The notes beneath the pieces are model-generated. The model did not search any database. It had not been told where the DNA came from and saw nothing but the letters and a program-made list of their open reading frames with translations. Shown piece after piece: positions 23,415 to 32,810 of a stretch of 64,000 bases of DNA; within the stretch, counting starts at the first letter, position 1; each line of letters begins with the position of its first letter. This stretch comes from a virus (lineage: Duplodnaviria; Caudoviricetes): the IMG/VR virus record IMGVR_UViG_3300042363_000275, positions 1 through 64,000 of that record, one strand, 5' to 3'. The translations under genes were made by a program, and so were the position numbers.

Positions 23415-24751
23415 ATTTTTACTGGGTGTGGTCTACGCTTATCAGACTTAATGGCAACTAGCCAAGCATCTGTGATTGCAATATTATCGCTTCGTGGTTC
23501 CCACCAAAAGGTATCAAGTTTAAATTCCTGAAACCGAATCTTGTCGTTACGAATAAACATTGCCTTATCTTTTCTGGTGTAATACCAGAAGCAGTTCTCG
23601 TTCCAGTAACTCACATGCGTTGGGTCTTGAAATGCGCCGCGACCATCTGTTGAAGGCACCTGTATGAATACCCAACCATCATCAGCAAGAACACGGTAGA
23701 TCTCAGCCATAATCTTGTGTTTATCGTTAAGATGCTCTATAATATGCGAAGCGTTGATTACACCAACGCTGTTATCTGGAAGCGGAATGCCATTATTAAG
23801 GTCAGCGGTAACATTACCATCTTCTAAATCAATATTGATATTGCATCCAGCCCGAGGATTAATTCCTCCGCCTAATTCTACAATATCCAACCCTCTGTCT
23901 TTCGCATCTTTACACGCAAGATCCCATGCATACTGCTTAAACAACTCTCTAGTTGTATCTTGAATTGCTTGATTTCTTTCTAACCAAGTATTGTTACCAG
24001 TAATCCTGTAAACATACAGGGGCTTATTGATATGATGCATCTTGGTGTTCAAGTATGTGCGAATAACCAATTCATGATCATCGCATATATCTAGATTTAC
24101 ATTATGACCACCAATGGACACATAAACACTTTTACGCCATGCTCGAACATGGTCAGGCGCATACCAGATATACGCCATGCTGTGGCTTGTTGGTGCAAAA
24201 GAATTCATTGAGTAATGTTCTTTGCCACGCCACATGACTTTTTTATAAGTCCACCCATAATGAGCATCGTATGGTGTAAATTCATTGTTTACATGATAGG
24301 TGATACTATCACTGTATACAAATCCAACAGTAGGATCTTGAAATGCTTTGTATAATTCTTCTAAGCAATCTGGTGTGAGCATATCATCATGATCGACCTC
24401 AACAAGAACATCACCTGTTCCTAGATGAAAGGCTTTGTTCTTATTGAAGCCGATTTTAGAATTGATCTCATCACTCACAACAATTTTAATGCGCTCATCA
24501 GACTTAATGGCAACTAGCACTGGGTAATTTACTAGAGCATCCAAACCACCTTCCACACCATTCAAATAAATCACCCACTCCCAGTTCTCATAAGTTTGAG
24601 CAACAAGACTCTCATACAAGTCACCCAGAAACGAGTTCTTCAGGTGAGTGGGTGTTATAATGCTAAATTTCACAGTTCGCAGACTCCTGCCGAGCAAGCC
24701 AATTCTTTTGCTGAAGTTGTTGTATCTGTTTCTTCCATAAACTCTACCCAA
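23411..24751 (-). CDS. GT2 glycosyltransferase + class I SAM-methyltransferase-like fusion
   Basis: FSIITPTH..EVDHDD; ELGGG..ASHIIEHL..VPSTDGRGAFQDPTH; true start may be downstream of the ORF start. Confidence 0.75.
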   Translation of the reverse strand: MGRVYGRNRYNNFSKRIGLLGRSLRTVKFSIITPTHLKNSFLGDLYESLVAQTYENWEWVIYLNGVEGGLDALVNYPVLVAIKSDERIKIVVSDEINSKIGFNKNKAFHLGTGDVLVEVDHDDMLTPDCLEELYKAFQDPTVGFVYSDSITYHVNNEFTPYDAHYGWTYKKVMWRGKEHYSMNSFAPTSHSMAYIWYAPDHVRAWRKSVYVSIGGHNVNLDICDDHELVIRTYLNTKMHHINKPLYVYRITGNNTWLERNQAIQDTTRELFKQYAWDLACKDAKDRGLDIVELGGGINPRAGCNINIDLEDGNVTADLNNGIPLPDNSVGVINASHIIEHLNDKHKIMAEIYRVLADDGWVFIQVPSTDGRGAFQDPTHVSYWNENCFWYYTRKDKAMFIRNDKIRFQEFKLDTFWWEPRSDNIAITDAWLVAIKSDKRRPHPVKI

Positions 24752-26556
24752 TTGATATCCACATTTTGGCGAGCAAGAAGTTCGTTATACAACGATTCAT
24801 CAATTTCTTCGTAAGGTGCTTGACGATATGAACCGTTGTCGCGTGGGAGGAAAGAAACACCTGAAAGAATCGAGATGTTCTTGTAAACCCATGCACCAAC
24901 TTCCATCCACTCATCATCACCAACATATACAGTGATAGATGGCTTGTGTTCACACCAGTGGTCTTGATAGATCTTCCAAAGTTCCAACTGTTCAATCGCA
25001 GTCATGTCGTTGCGTGTAACAGAGTTCTTTGGTGCCTTCATTGGGAATGAGAACACCCAATTTGACTTGCTGTAGAAATCTTCCTCAGCAAAGTATCCCT
25101 TGTTAATCATAAACTGAGCAAGAGGATCCTTCATATCAGCCCTAACTCTACGAATATAATATTGGGCATAGCGTGGGTGAATGCCTGAAGCGGAATCAAC
25201 CAACTGTGATACAGTACCTGAAGGTTTGACGCAAGTAATTGCAGCCGACTGTGGAACACCAAGAGCATGTGCGAATTCCTTATTTGTTTCAACGCAATGA
25301 AGTCTGATAGCATCCAATGCATCAGCAAGTTTTTGTGATGGCTTATTAAGCAACTTGTTATCACAAATACCAGTAAAGGAAACGCCAAGCAGTCTTTCTT
25401 CATCGCAATTATTCTTCCACTTCTTATTGATGTAGCGGAAGTCTGTTAGCGTTGACTGAAGTGTACCAATGATTGTAGCGAGACGTGCCTTACGCTTCAA
25501 TGATTCAACATCATCGTTTGCGCGAACAACGATCTCAGAAAGATTACAGAACTCAAATGGGCGCAAGATAATTTCAGAACATGGGTTTGTGCCGAACTCA
25601 TGCTTCGGATCACGACGACCGTTCTTTGCAGCAACAGCCTGTGAAGCAGCACGAGAAAAGATACCACGCTCGCCAGACTTTGACATATAAAGAGCATGCC
25701 ATTCATTCATGAATGTATCCATGTCTACTCGTTTGTCATACACTGCCGAAATATTTGCAAGTGCTCTTTGCCCATTGTGCGTCCACCAGTCACCTGACTT
25801 TGCATGACGCAACTGGTCATCGTTGAGGTCAGTTAGAGAAATGAGAGCAGAACGGCGAACACCACCGCAAACAACAATATCAGCAATCTTGCATACAATG
25901 TCATGGCACTCCAAGGTAGACAGTTTCCTGCCTCTTGCCTTTGTAAAGATATTGAGAGTGAATTTGAATAGATCGACCAATGGTTCTGGACCAGATGCGC
26001 GACCACCAAATACCTTTAGACGCTCACCTGCTGGGCGAACCTTTGATACATCCCACTTCGCGATCTTACCAGAATACAGAAGCGAAACGATTTCACGATA
26101 AGCAGAAGCCCAGCCAATCTTAGAATCAGCAACGACAACGGTTGTGTCTGTTTCGTGTAGTTCTTCTGGAACTTCTGGAAGTTTGTTAGTGTACTTTGAT
26201 TCAACAGAGAAACCAACACCTGTTCCGCACATTAGAACATACATGATTTCATCAAATGCTTTTGTATTATCAATGGCAACATACGAGCAATTATAACCAG
26301 CGACTTGATCCTTTTCCAAAGCAGGTCCTGCGGTCATCAAGCAACGCATTGATGGCATGACTTCTAGGTTTAAAATAGCAGTGCGCAATTCATCCCAAGG
26401 AACTTTCTTATTGTTGTCTGTTTTGCTCTTAAAATAACTGATGTATCTGTCAACAGTTTCATCCCATGTTTCTCGACGACCTAGATCATCGTTGAATCGT
26501 GCATATCTGGAAATGTGAATGAAATCTTGATAGATGCTAGGAAGTCTCGTAGCCAT
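24670..26556 (-). CDS. nrdJ: Class II (B12-dependent) ribonucleotide reductase, monomeric type
   Basis: PSMRCL; GYNC; TNPCSEI; CNLSE; TCVKPSGTVSQL; C-terminal CxxxxC. Confidence 0.9.
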   Translation of the reverse strand: MATRLPSIYQDFIHISRYARFNDDLGRRETWDETVDRYISYFKSKTDNNKKVPWDELRTAILNLEVMPSMRCLMTAGPALEKDQVAGYNCSYVAIDNTKAFDEIMYVLMCGTGVGFSVESKYTNKLPEVPEELHETDTTVVVADSKIGWASAYREIVSLLYSGKIAKWDVSKVRPAGERLKVFGGRASGPEPLVDLFKFTLNIFTKARGRKLSTLECHDIVCKIADIVVCGGVRRSALISLTDLNDDQLRHAKSGDWWTHNGQRALANISAVYDKRVDMDTFMNEWHALYMSKSGERGIFSRAASQAVAAKNGRRDPKHEFGTNPCSEIILRPFEFCNLSEIVVRANDDVESLKRKARLATIIGTLQSTLTDFRYINKKWKNNCDEERLLGVSFTGICDNKLLNKPSQKLADALDAIRLHCVETNKEFAHALGVPQSAAITCVKPSGTVSQLVDSASGIHPRYAQYYIRRVRADMKDPLAQFMINKGYFAEEDFYSKSNWVFSFPMKAPKNSVTRNDMTAIEQLELWKIYQDHWCEHKPSITVYVGDDEWMEVGAWVYKNISILSGVSFLPRDNGSYRQAPYEEIDESLYNELLARQNVDINWVEFMEETDTTTSAKELACSAGVCEL

Positions 26557-26568
26557 GATTGCTCCTTA

Positions 26569-27228
26569 TTATTCTTGTGCGATGAATTGTGTTGATAGAG
26601 GGAATATTTCAGCAATAACCTTGGCGCACTCTTTCGCGATATCCATATGTTCTTTTTGAGTGCCGTTACCGCTTCGGAGTTGTATATAGTGAATCCAAGA
26701 TCTTAATGTACCGCTCATGTACATACGGGACATAGTTAATCCCTCTGGAAGAACAGCACGAGCCTGTTCTTTAGCAATATTGTTATCGATTGCCCATCTG
26801 TAGACTTGTTTTACATGGTCAAGTAATTCTTGTTGCTTTCTATTCCATTCATACTGTACAAATAATTCTGCGCCAGAAATAGAATTTTGGCGGTTAGTTG
26901 GGTCTTGAAGTCTCGCTTCTCGGGTAACAAATTCCAGGTCCTTTGTTGGGTCTGCGTAACGCTGCGAGAACTCCTGAAAAGAAAACGAGCGATGGCGAAG
27001 AATCTGACGAGCAATGTCTCTAGTTGTTTCAATTTCTAGACACATTGTTGCCATTTCTAGCGGTGACCAGTGCTGATGCTTCACCAGATACTTGATCAAT
27101 TTCTCAGCAGTTTCACTGTTTAATTGATTAGAGGGATTGGAGACTCTTGCGCAATAAGCAACAAGGTCCGTTGGTGTCTCCAATCCCTCTAAAACTGGTT
27201 TACTATATGATACTAATTGTACTTTCAT
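26569..27228 (-). CDS. thyX: Flavin-dependent thymidylate synthase
   Basis: HWSPLE..RQILRHRSFSFQEFSQRY. Confidence 0.95.
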   Translation of the reverse strand: MKVQLVSYSKPVLEGLETPTDLVAYCARVSNPSNQLNSETAEKLIKYLVKHQHWSPLEMATMCLEIETTRDIARQILRHRSFSFQEFSQRYADPTKDLEFVTREARLQDPTNRQNSISGAELFVQYEWNRKQQELLDHVKQVYRWAIDNNIAKEQARAVLPEGLTMSRMYMSGTLRSWIHYIQLRSGNGTQKEHMDIAKECAKVIAEIFPLSTQFIAQE

Positions 27229-27229
27229 A

Positions 27230-27490
27230 TTAAAAATCCTTCACATTAAAAATTTGTGTTTGTAGATGCTTAACTTCTTTCCAACCACCTTCAGCAGCCA
27301 AAGTTTGTGCACGAATAGAGGCATCGGCGTAATCCATAAACTTGCTATCATCAAACCACCACCACTTATCTAAAAAGAATTTTGGTTTGCGGCGATATTC
27401 AACATACCAATGTCCAGCATGAAACTGCAGTCTTACTTGAGTGATCGGATTTTTTACAATTTCTAAACCGAGGTCTGATAGATTACTCAT
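27230..27490 (-). CDS. Hypothetical protein
   Basis: ORF track. Confidence 0.6.
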   Translation of the reverse strand: MSNLSDLGLEIVKNPITQVRLQFHAGHWYVEYRRKPKFFLDKWWWFDDSKFMDYADASIRAQTLAAEGGWKEVKHLQTQIFNVKDF

Positions 27491-27491
27491 G

Positions 27492-28568
27492 TTAACACCT
27501 TTTCCAACTTGTAAAGGTTAATTTTGCAGATAAACCTTTGTGCGTATTTCTATCTATAATATCTTTTATCTCGTCTGAAGTCAAACCATTTTGTATCATT
27601 TCGTTAATATCTTTCCCAGGGACATCGTCTGGAAACAAACAAACAGAATGACCAGCGTCAATTGATTTCTCAATCTGCTTTACAATATCTTTATTTCTTC
27701 TTTCGTTATCGTAGACCAGAACAGTATCTAGTTCTGGAAAAATTGCTGCCACGCCGCCCAAATTGCTATCACCAGAGGCAACACAATTCGGCAAGAAATA
27801 AGAATCAAACTGTCCTTCAACGACATAGATTCTATCTTCTTTCCGTACACGGTGCAATCCAAACACCTTTTTCTCATCTGACACCTTTACAGTGACATAC
27901 CGAATCTTGGATTCAGACAATGCCCTTCCTGCGACGTTTGTAATCTCACCCTTTTCGTTGGTGTAAAGGAGAACTATACGATCGTCGTTTGGGACCTCGT
28001 CTTTACCATGATTGGGAAACTCTTTGTCTAGGAAATCAAAAAATTTGGGGACAAATAGAATCTCGCCCCAGAACTTCTCAGGAATCTTCCTATTTTTTAT
28101 ATAGTCACGAGCATAGTGCTCTTCAGGAAGATTTACTATACTATAATGTTCAAACGCTCGCCATGTTCTATCCAGGCTTTCAACTGGCTCTGGATCTGTT
28201 CTGGTGTTGTTGCCTGATGACTGGAATCGGGCATAGGCGTTTCCTTTGAGGTGTTCGAAGTCAGGCTTTTTGTAGTTGTGATTTCCTGTTTCGCCATTAG
28301 AATATCGTTCCAAGATGTACTGTTTGTAGGTTGTACCGTCGGTGTATTCCAAAAACTTTGCGAACGTCGTCGACTTGCCGCAGTTGTGGCAAATGAAGAA
28401 GTAGTCGTTGGACTTGCGATAAACATAGCCTCTCGCCTTTAGTTTGTTCTTCTTTGAATCGCCGCAGTAAGGGCAACGAAAGTTATAGAGATCAGTTTGC
28501 TTTTGCTTAAACTGTTCTAACTTTGATGATACAAAACCTAAAAATTTTCTGTCAATGTAAACAGACAT
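27492..28568 (-). CDS. gp61: T4 gp61-like DNA primase
   Basis: CPYCGDS..CHNCG zinc finger; TOPRIM VVEGQFDS; DNE; KDINEM. Confidence 0.95.
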   Translation of the reverse strand: MSVYIDRKFLGFVSSKLEQFKQKQTDLYNFRCPYCGDSKKNKLKARGYVYRKSNDYFFICHNCGKSTTFAKFLEYTDGTTYKQYILERYSNGETGNHNYKKPDFEHLKGNAYARFQSSGNNTRTDPEPVESLDRTWRAFEHYSIVNLPEEHYARDYIKNRKIPEKFWGEILFVPKFFDFLDKEFPNHGKDEVPNDDRIVLLYTNEKGEITNVAGRALSESKIRYVTVKVSDEKKVFGLHRVRKEDRIYVVEGQFDSYFLPNCVASGDSNLGGVAAIFPELDTVLVYDNERRNKDIVKQIEKSIDAGHSVCLFPDDVPGKDINEMIQNGLTSDEIKDIIDRNTHKGLSAKLTFTSWKRC

Positions 28569-28609
28569 AAAACCATCACAAAATTCACCAACGGATTAAA
28601 CATTATATA

Positions 28610-28954
28610 CTATTTTATTTCGAAAGGCAACCCTAACTTGGATAAAATCCATCCAATAACAACCGCTCCACCCATCACCAACCAACGCCATTTGTTCAGA
28701 TCTTCGATCTTTTGTTTTTCAACTTCGTGGTGCAGTTTCATTTCTTGCCGAAGTGCTTTGATCTCATCCATAATAGATGACTCAATCTCTTCGATCTTGT
28801 TATGAACTTCACGGAGTTCGTCGTTATGCTGCTTCTCAAGTTTATCAAGAGTACGATCGAACTTTTCGTAGATGACTGAGAAGAAAGAAATCTTCTCTCG
28901 CATTGCAGCGACCTCAGTCTCTATTTTACTGAGTTTGTTCTCAAAGTCAACCAT
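28610..28954 (-). CDS. Coiled-coil protein with C-terminal transmembrane helix
   Basis: ORF track; WRWLVMGGAVVIGW. Confidence 0.65.
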   Translation of the reverse strand: MVDFENKLSKIETEVAAMREKISFFSVIYEKFDRTLDKLEKQHNDELREVHNKIEEIESSIMDEIKALRQEMKLHHEVEKQKIEDLNKWRWLVMGGAVVIGWILSKLGLPFEIK

Positions 28955-29150
28955 TGTTTTCTATCCCGTACATGTGCTTGAGCAAGTATTGTCTGGTTTT
29001 GTTATTCTTGTTTTTACAGATCTCATCACTCACCTTTGTTTCCCATATAAACGGAAACAAACCATGTACTAGCAAAATAAATGCCCACTTCCAAGATCGG
29101 AGTAGATGCTTTATGTAGGATATATTATTGTCCTGCAGGTGTGACATCAC
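28947..29150 (-). CDS. Small membrane protein (DUF6356-like)
   Basis: SYIKHL..LVHGLFPFIWET. Confidence 0.5.
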   Translation of the reverse strand: MMSHLQDNNISYIKHLLRSWKWAFILLVHGLFPFIWETKVSDEICKNKNNKTRQYLLKHMYGIENNG

Positions 29151-29343
29151 GAAGTAATTCTGATTGCGCTGGTGCCGCTGGAATTATTGTCTTGAGTGGC
29201 TTTGGTGGCGCCATCAATTCTTTTGGTGGTTCAGGCATTTCTATCTTTGGCACCAAACGAGTCAATGGATTTGCGCAACCAGCAAGAAACAAAAGGGAAA
29301 GTGCTAGAATATACTTCATTTCGCTGCCTCCCCTTTCTTCCAT
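29125..29343 (-). CDS. Outer-membrane spanin candidate (Rz1-like lipoprotein)
   Basis: Lipobox LAGC; Pro-rich; overlaps an i-spanin-like gene. Confidence 0.7.
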   Translation of the reverse strand: MEERGGSEMKYILALSLLFLAGCANPLTRLVPKIEMPEPPKELMAPPKPLKTIIPAAPAQSELLRDVTPAGQ

Positions 29344-29870
29344 GGCATTTCTGGTAGTTTAATATCCAAGCCACGGTCTGCGTTTTGTTTATCTACGGAT
29401 GCTTTTGTTTCAAGAATCCATGATTGCAAACTTACTAGTTGCTGAGCGTTTTGCAAACAGACAGAATAGTTTGCCAATACCGTACCAAGTGCCTGATTGT
29501 CTTTTACAACTGAATCCGTATCATCAGTTGTCATTTCAGGATTGAGTTCCTCGCCCTTTACGCTAGTGTCATGCAAGTAAACCCAACCGTTTGTTAGATT
29601 GAATTTGCCTGGAACTTGCTGTTCAGCAGCATCACGATAAATTGTTTCTCTTTGAGTGACAACTTTAATCTTGTCAACATACTCAGTAACAACTCTTTCC
29701 TTGATGTTTCTTTGCTCTTTTTCAAGTTCAATCTTCAGTTGCTCTGCTTCGTTTGCAGCCTTCTGAACCATAACTTCGCCAGCGTCAGTGCCTTTCTTGT
29801 AGCCAGCAGCAAATGCACCGCCAACTATAAGAACAACTGCGAGGATTTTATATGGTAACGGTATAAGCAT
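29316..29870 (-). CDS. Inner-membrane spanin candidate (Rz-like)
   Basis: N-terminal TM helix, coiled coil, two Cys-free/one-Cys periplasmic tail; adjacent lipoprotein. Confidence 0.65.
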   Translation of the reverse strand: MLIPLPYKILAVVLIVGGAFAAGYKKGTDAGEVMVQKAANEAEQLKIELEKEQRNIKERVVTEYVDKIKVVTQRETIYRDAAEQQVPGKFNLTNGWVYLHDTSVKGEELNPEMTTDDTDSVVKDNQALGTVLANYSVCLQNAQQLVSLQSWILETKASVDKQNADRGLDIKLPEMPWKKGEAAK

Positions 29871-29879
29871 ATGCCACCT

Positions 29880-30299
29880 TTATTCGCACCAACTTTGCTT
29901 CTTTTCACCAAAGTATGCTCGAGCATGACCATTCTTGATCAATAGTTCAGATAATTTTTGACCATCGACAATTAGATCACCGAGCACACGCCCACCGAAC
30001 TTGTCATGCTCTTTCAATTCAATCTGAATCTTTTTAGCATTGGCGACAAGGTTCTTGGTGAAAGCGCTGGCTTTTTCGGCTGCAGCAGCCTCTGCTGGGC
30101 AAGCTGCGCGACCACCCTTTTCTGGAGTATCAACACCAAGAACGCGCAAACTTAATTGCGGCTTGAGTGGTGCTGGTAAAAATGGTGCTTCGAACACCAC
30201 CGTGTCTCCATCACTGACTTTCAATATCTTGAAGTCATAAGGATTTGCAGCTGCAACACTGGAGAACGCAAACAATGAAAGGGCAAGTAACCGCTTCAT
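29880..30299 (-). CDS. Secreted thermonuclease (SNase family)
   Basis: Signal peptide; DGDT..RVLGVDTPE..DKFGGRVLG..LIKNGHA. Confidence 0.85.
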   Translation of the reverse strand: MKRLLALSLFAFSSVAAANPYDFKILKVSDGDTVVFEAPFLPAPLKPQLSLRVLGVDTPEKGGRAACPAEAAAAEKASAFTKNLVANAKKIQIELKEHDKFGGRVLGDLIVDGQKLSELLIKNGHARAYFGEKKQSWCE

Positions 30300-30529
30300 T
30301 ACTTTGCCTTCTTTGCGCGTGGCTTCTTAACCTTCTCTGTAACCTTCTCTGTAACCTTTTCTGCGACCTTCACTGCTTCTGTTTTTGCTTCAACAGCAAC
30401 TTCTTTTGCAGCAACGACGACGTCTTTGTGATCGACAACACCGTCATCATTCTTGTCTGGATCCTTAACTAATTTCCAAACAACCCAAACAGCAAAAGCA
30501 AGTAATATTAATACAACTAATGTTTCCAT
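30299..30529 (-). CDS. Small membrane-anchored protein
   Basis: N-terminal TM helix; DKNDDG; Lys-rich tail. Confidence 0.65.
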   Translation of the reverse strand: METLVVLILLAFAVWVVWKLVKDPDKNDDGVVDHKDVVVAAKEVAVEAKTEAVKVAEKVTEKVTEKVKKPRAKKAK

Positions 30530-30542
30530 CGTAAACTCCTAA

Positions 30543-30767
30543 TTATTTTTTAGCGAATTTCTCCGCGACAGTAGTACCAAGTCCAGCCACAACAATCATC
30601 ATCATAGAATCATACATAAATTGTTCCACTGTAAAATCCCAGAACAAGTTAAGCACGAATGCCAATGCAACTAAAAAGGTTGCTATAAAAGTTATTACAC
30701 GCTTTGAAGATACAGAGCCATTGACTCCATCTGCAAGCATGGATTTGATGTTTCCGAGAATGTCCAT
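30543..30767 (-). CDS. Two-TM protein, holin-like candidate
   Basis: SSKRV then two hydrophobic helices and a basic C-terminus. Confidence 0.55.
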   Translation of the reverse strand: MDILGNIKSMLADGVNGSVSSKRVITFIATFLVALAFVLNLFWDFTVEQFMYDSMMMIVVAGLGTTVAEKFAKK

Positions 30768-30776
30768 TTGGATCTC

Positions 30777-32810
30777 CTATTTAGAAGTGGCACGATAAAC
30801 TCCGTCCCAATTCACAGGCGGTTTGCCATCCATTCTCTCGTCCATCATCTCATAGTATTTAGCCATTTCACCATCCCATAACACTTTCATTGCAGGGACC
30901 AAATTCCTAGCAATTTTCCAGTTACCTGCACGATAATGTAACAGGAAGTTTTCGTGCATATAGAGAGCTGATTTGTCGTCATCAGGCGCGATCGTGAAGA
31001 TCTTTACAGGTTCAGTTTTACCCTTCACCGCAATTAGATCTAATTCGATAACTGGGAACTCACCCTTCACATACTCTGCAGTTTTAGGACCAATGACAAT
31101 TTTAACACCATAAGGTTTAGATTGACCTTCGAGGCGAGCTGCTAGGTTAACTCCATCTCCCAAACAAGTGTAGTCAAACCTTTGTGTAGAACCCATATTG
31201 CCAACAACCACAGTATCGGTATTAATACCCAATCCCATGCCGAATGCTGGAACACCTTCTTTAGCAATTTCTTCATTGAATTTCTCCAGATCCTTGAGCA
31301 TTGCTAAACCAGTACGAACAGCATTCTTTGCGTGCTGTGCATCATCCAATGGTGCATTCCAAAATGCCATCTGAGCATCGCCGATATACTTGTCCAGCGT
31401 GCCTTGATTTTCAATAATCCTTGCAGTCATTGCCGTCATATAACGATTCATGATTGCAGTCAGACCTTGAACATTCTTGCCGTAGTGCTCAGAAATTGTT
31501 GTGAATCCACGCACATCAGTAAACATGATTGAAAGTTCACGTGACTCACCGCCGAGTGCAAGTAACTCTGGATTCTTTTGTAGTTTTTCAACCATAGCTG
31601 GTGAAAGATAAGTGCCAAACTGCTTCTTAATTTGTTGCTTCTGTAGGAACTCAGAAACAAACTTCACACCATAAGCATGAAGTGCAACAAGAATTAATCC
31701 TAAAGTAACAGCTGTTGGATCAAATAAGAACAACGAAGTCTTAAACGCATACAAACTATATGCTACACCAGAGCCAATTAGAATCACAGTTGATGCGAGT
31801 CCAACATAAACCCAACGCGATAGCCCTATTAGCAATAGACCAGCAAGTAAAAGTGCAAGAATTTCAAGTGACTCTGCATAATCTGGACGCTGAATGTTCA
31901 CGCCGTTAATCATCGTTGCCACAACAGCAGCTTGCATATCCTGCGGCATCACTGGACCAATTGCTGTCGGCACTGGGTTTGCTAAACCTGCTGCAGAAAC
32001 ACCAACGATAACTAATGCACCGTCAAATTTTTCTGGTAGATCTACCATCGAAACCTTTTTATTCTTTTGCGACCAGTCTACCCACACACGACCATAAGAG
32101 TCTGTTGATACTGGACCGAACTGTGGAATGCGCATTTTCTCAACACCAAACTCATTCAGTTTAACTTGAAAGTTTGGATCACCTGCCATCACACGGAGGA
32201 TTTCTAAAGATAGATGTGGATAAAGAATGCCATTAACAGAAACAATTAATGGCACTCGACGATTCACACCGTCAATTTCTGGAAGAGTGTGTGTTGCACC
32301 AACGCCTGCTGCAGCGTTTTCGAGTTCAGGAATATTCGCAATGATTCCTGGATACTGTAAAATCGTATCTTCGAACTCAGAACCAATAATTGCTGCGCCT
32401 GGATTTTTCGGCGAGTTCTTTGTTGCTGTTGATGGAACATTTGGAAGAATAACTGGTGCTTGTTGCATCACATCGAGTAATGCTTGGTCACCACCTAGAC
32501 GATCAGATTCTGGCATGAGCACATTGAAAACAACTAACCCTGCGCCCCGATTATAAAGTTCAGCAATTAAATTTGCATACACATCACGCTTAAATGGATA
32601 TTGCCCATACTTTTCCAAAGCAGCTTCGTCGATGTTTACGGTATAAACATTGTTTTCTGTTACTGGTTTGTTTGCAATAAGAGTATCAAAATATCGGAGT
32701 CGGACGGACTCTACGAATTGAGGGTCAGATACTCTGATAGATAATACTATAGCAAGAGTTAATAACGCAGTCCAAGCACTGAGTGCAACTTTATTCAATA
32801 ACTTTTTCAT
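30777..32810 (-). CDS. CHASE2-domain class III adenylate cyclase
   Basis: N-terminal TM; periplasmic CHASE2-like region; 3 TMs; MFTDVRGFT, DKYIGDA, FDYTCLGDGVNLAARLE. Confidence 0.92.
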   Translation of the reverse strand: MKKLLNKVALSAWTALLTLAIVLSIRVSDPQFVESVRLRYFDTLIANKPVTENNVYTVNIDEAALEKYGQYPFKRDVYANLIAELYNRGAGLVVFNVLMPESDRLGGDQALLDVMQQAPVILPNVPSTATKNSPKNPGAAIIGSEFEDTILQYPGIIANIPELENAAAGVGATHTLPEIDGVNRRVPLIVSVNGILYPHLSLEILRVMAGDPNFQVKLNEFGVEKMRIPQFGPVSTDSYGRVWVDWSQKNKKVSMVDLPEKFDGALVIVGVSAAGLANPVPTAIGPVMPQDMQAAVVATMINGVNIQRPDYAESLEILALLLAGLLLIGLSRWVYVGLASTVILIGSGVAYSLYAFKTSLFLFDPTAVTLGLILVALHAYGVKFVSEFLQKQQIKKQFGTYLSPAMVEKLQKNPELLALGGESRELSIMFTDVRGFTTISEHYGKNVQGLTAIMNRYMTAMTARIIENQGTLDKYIGDAQMAFWNAPLDDAQHAKNAVRTGLAMLKDLEKFNEEIAKEGVPAFGMGLGINTDTVVVGNMGSTQRFDYTCLGDGVNLAARLEGQSKPYGVKIVIGPKTAEYVKGEFPVIELDLIAVKGKTEPVKIFTIAPDDDKSALYMHENFLLHYRAGNWKIARNLVPAMKVLWDGEMAKYYEMMDERMDGKPPVNWDGVYRATSK

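Noticed and set aside
24670-28568. Introns or inteins in nrdJ, thyX or primase
   Set aside because: The ORFs are continuous and of normal length
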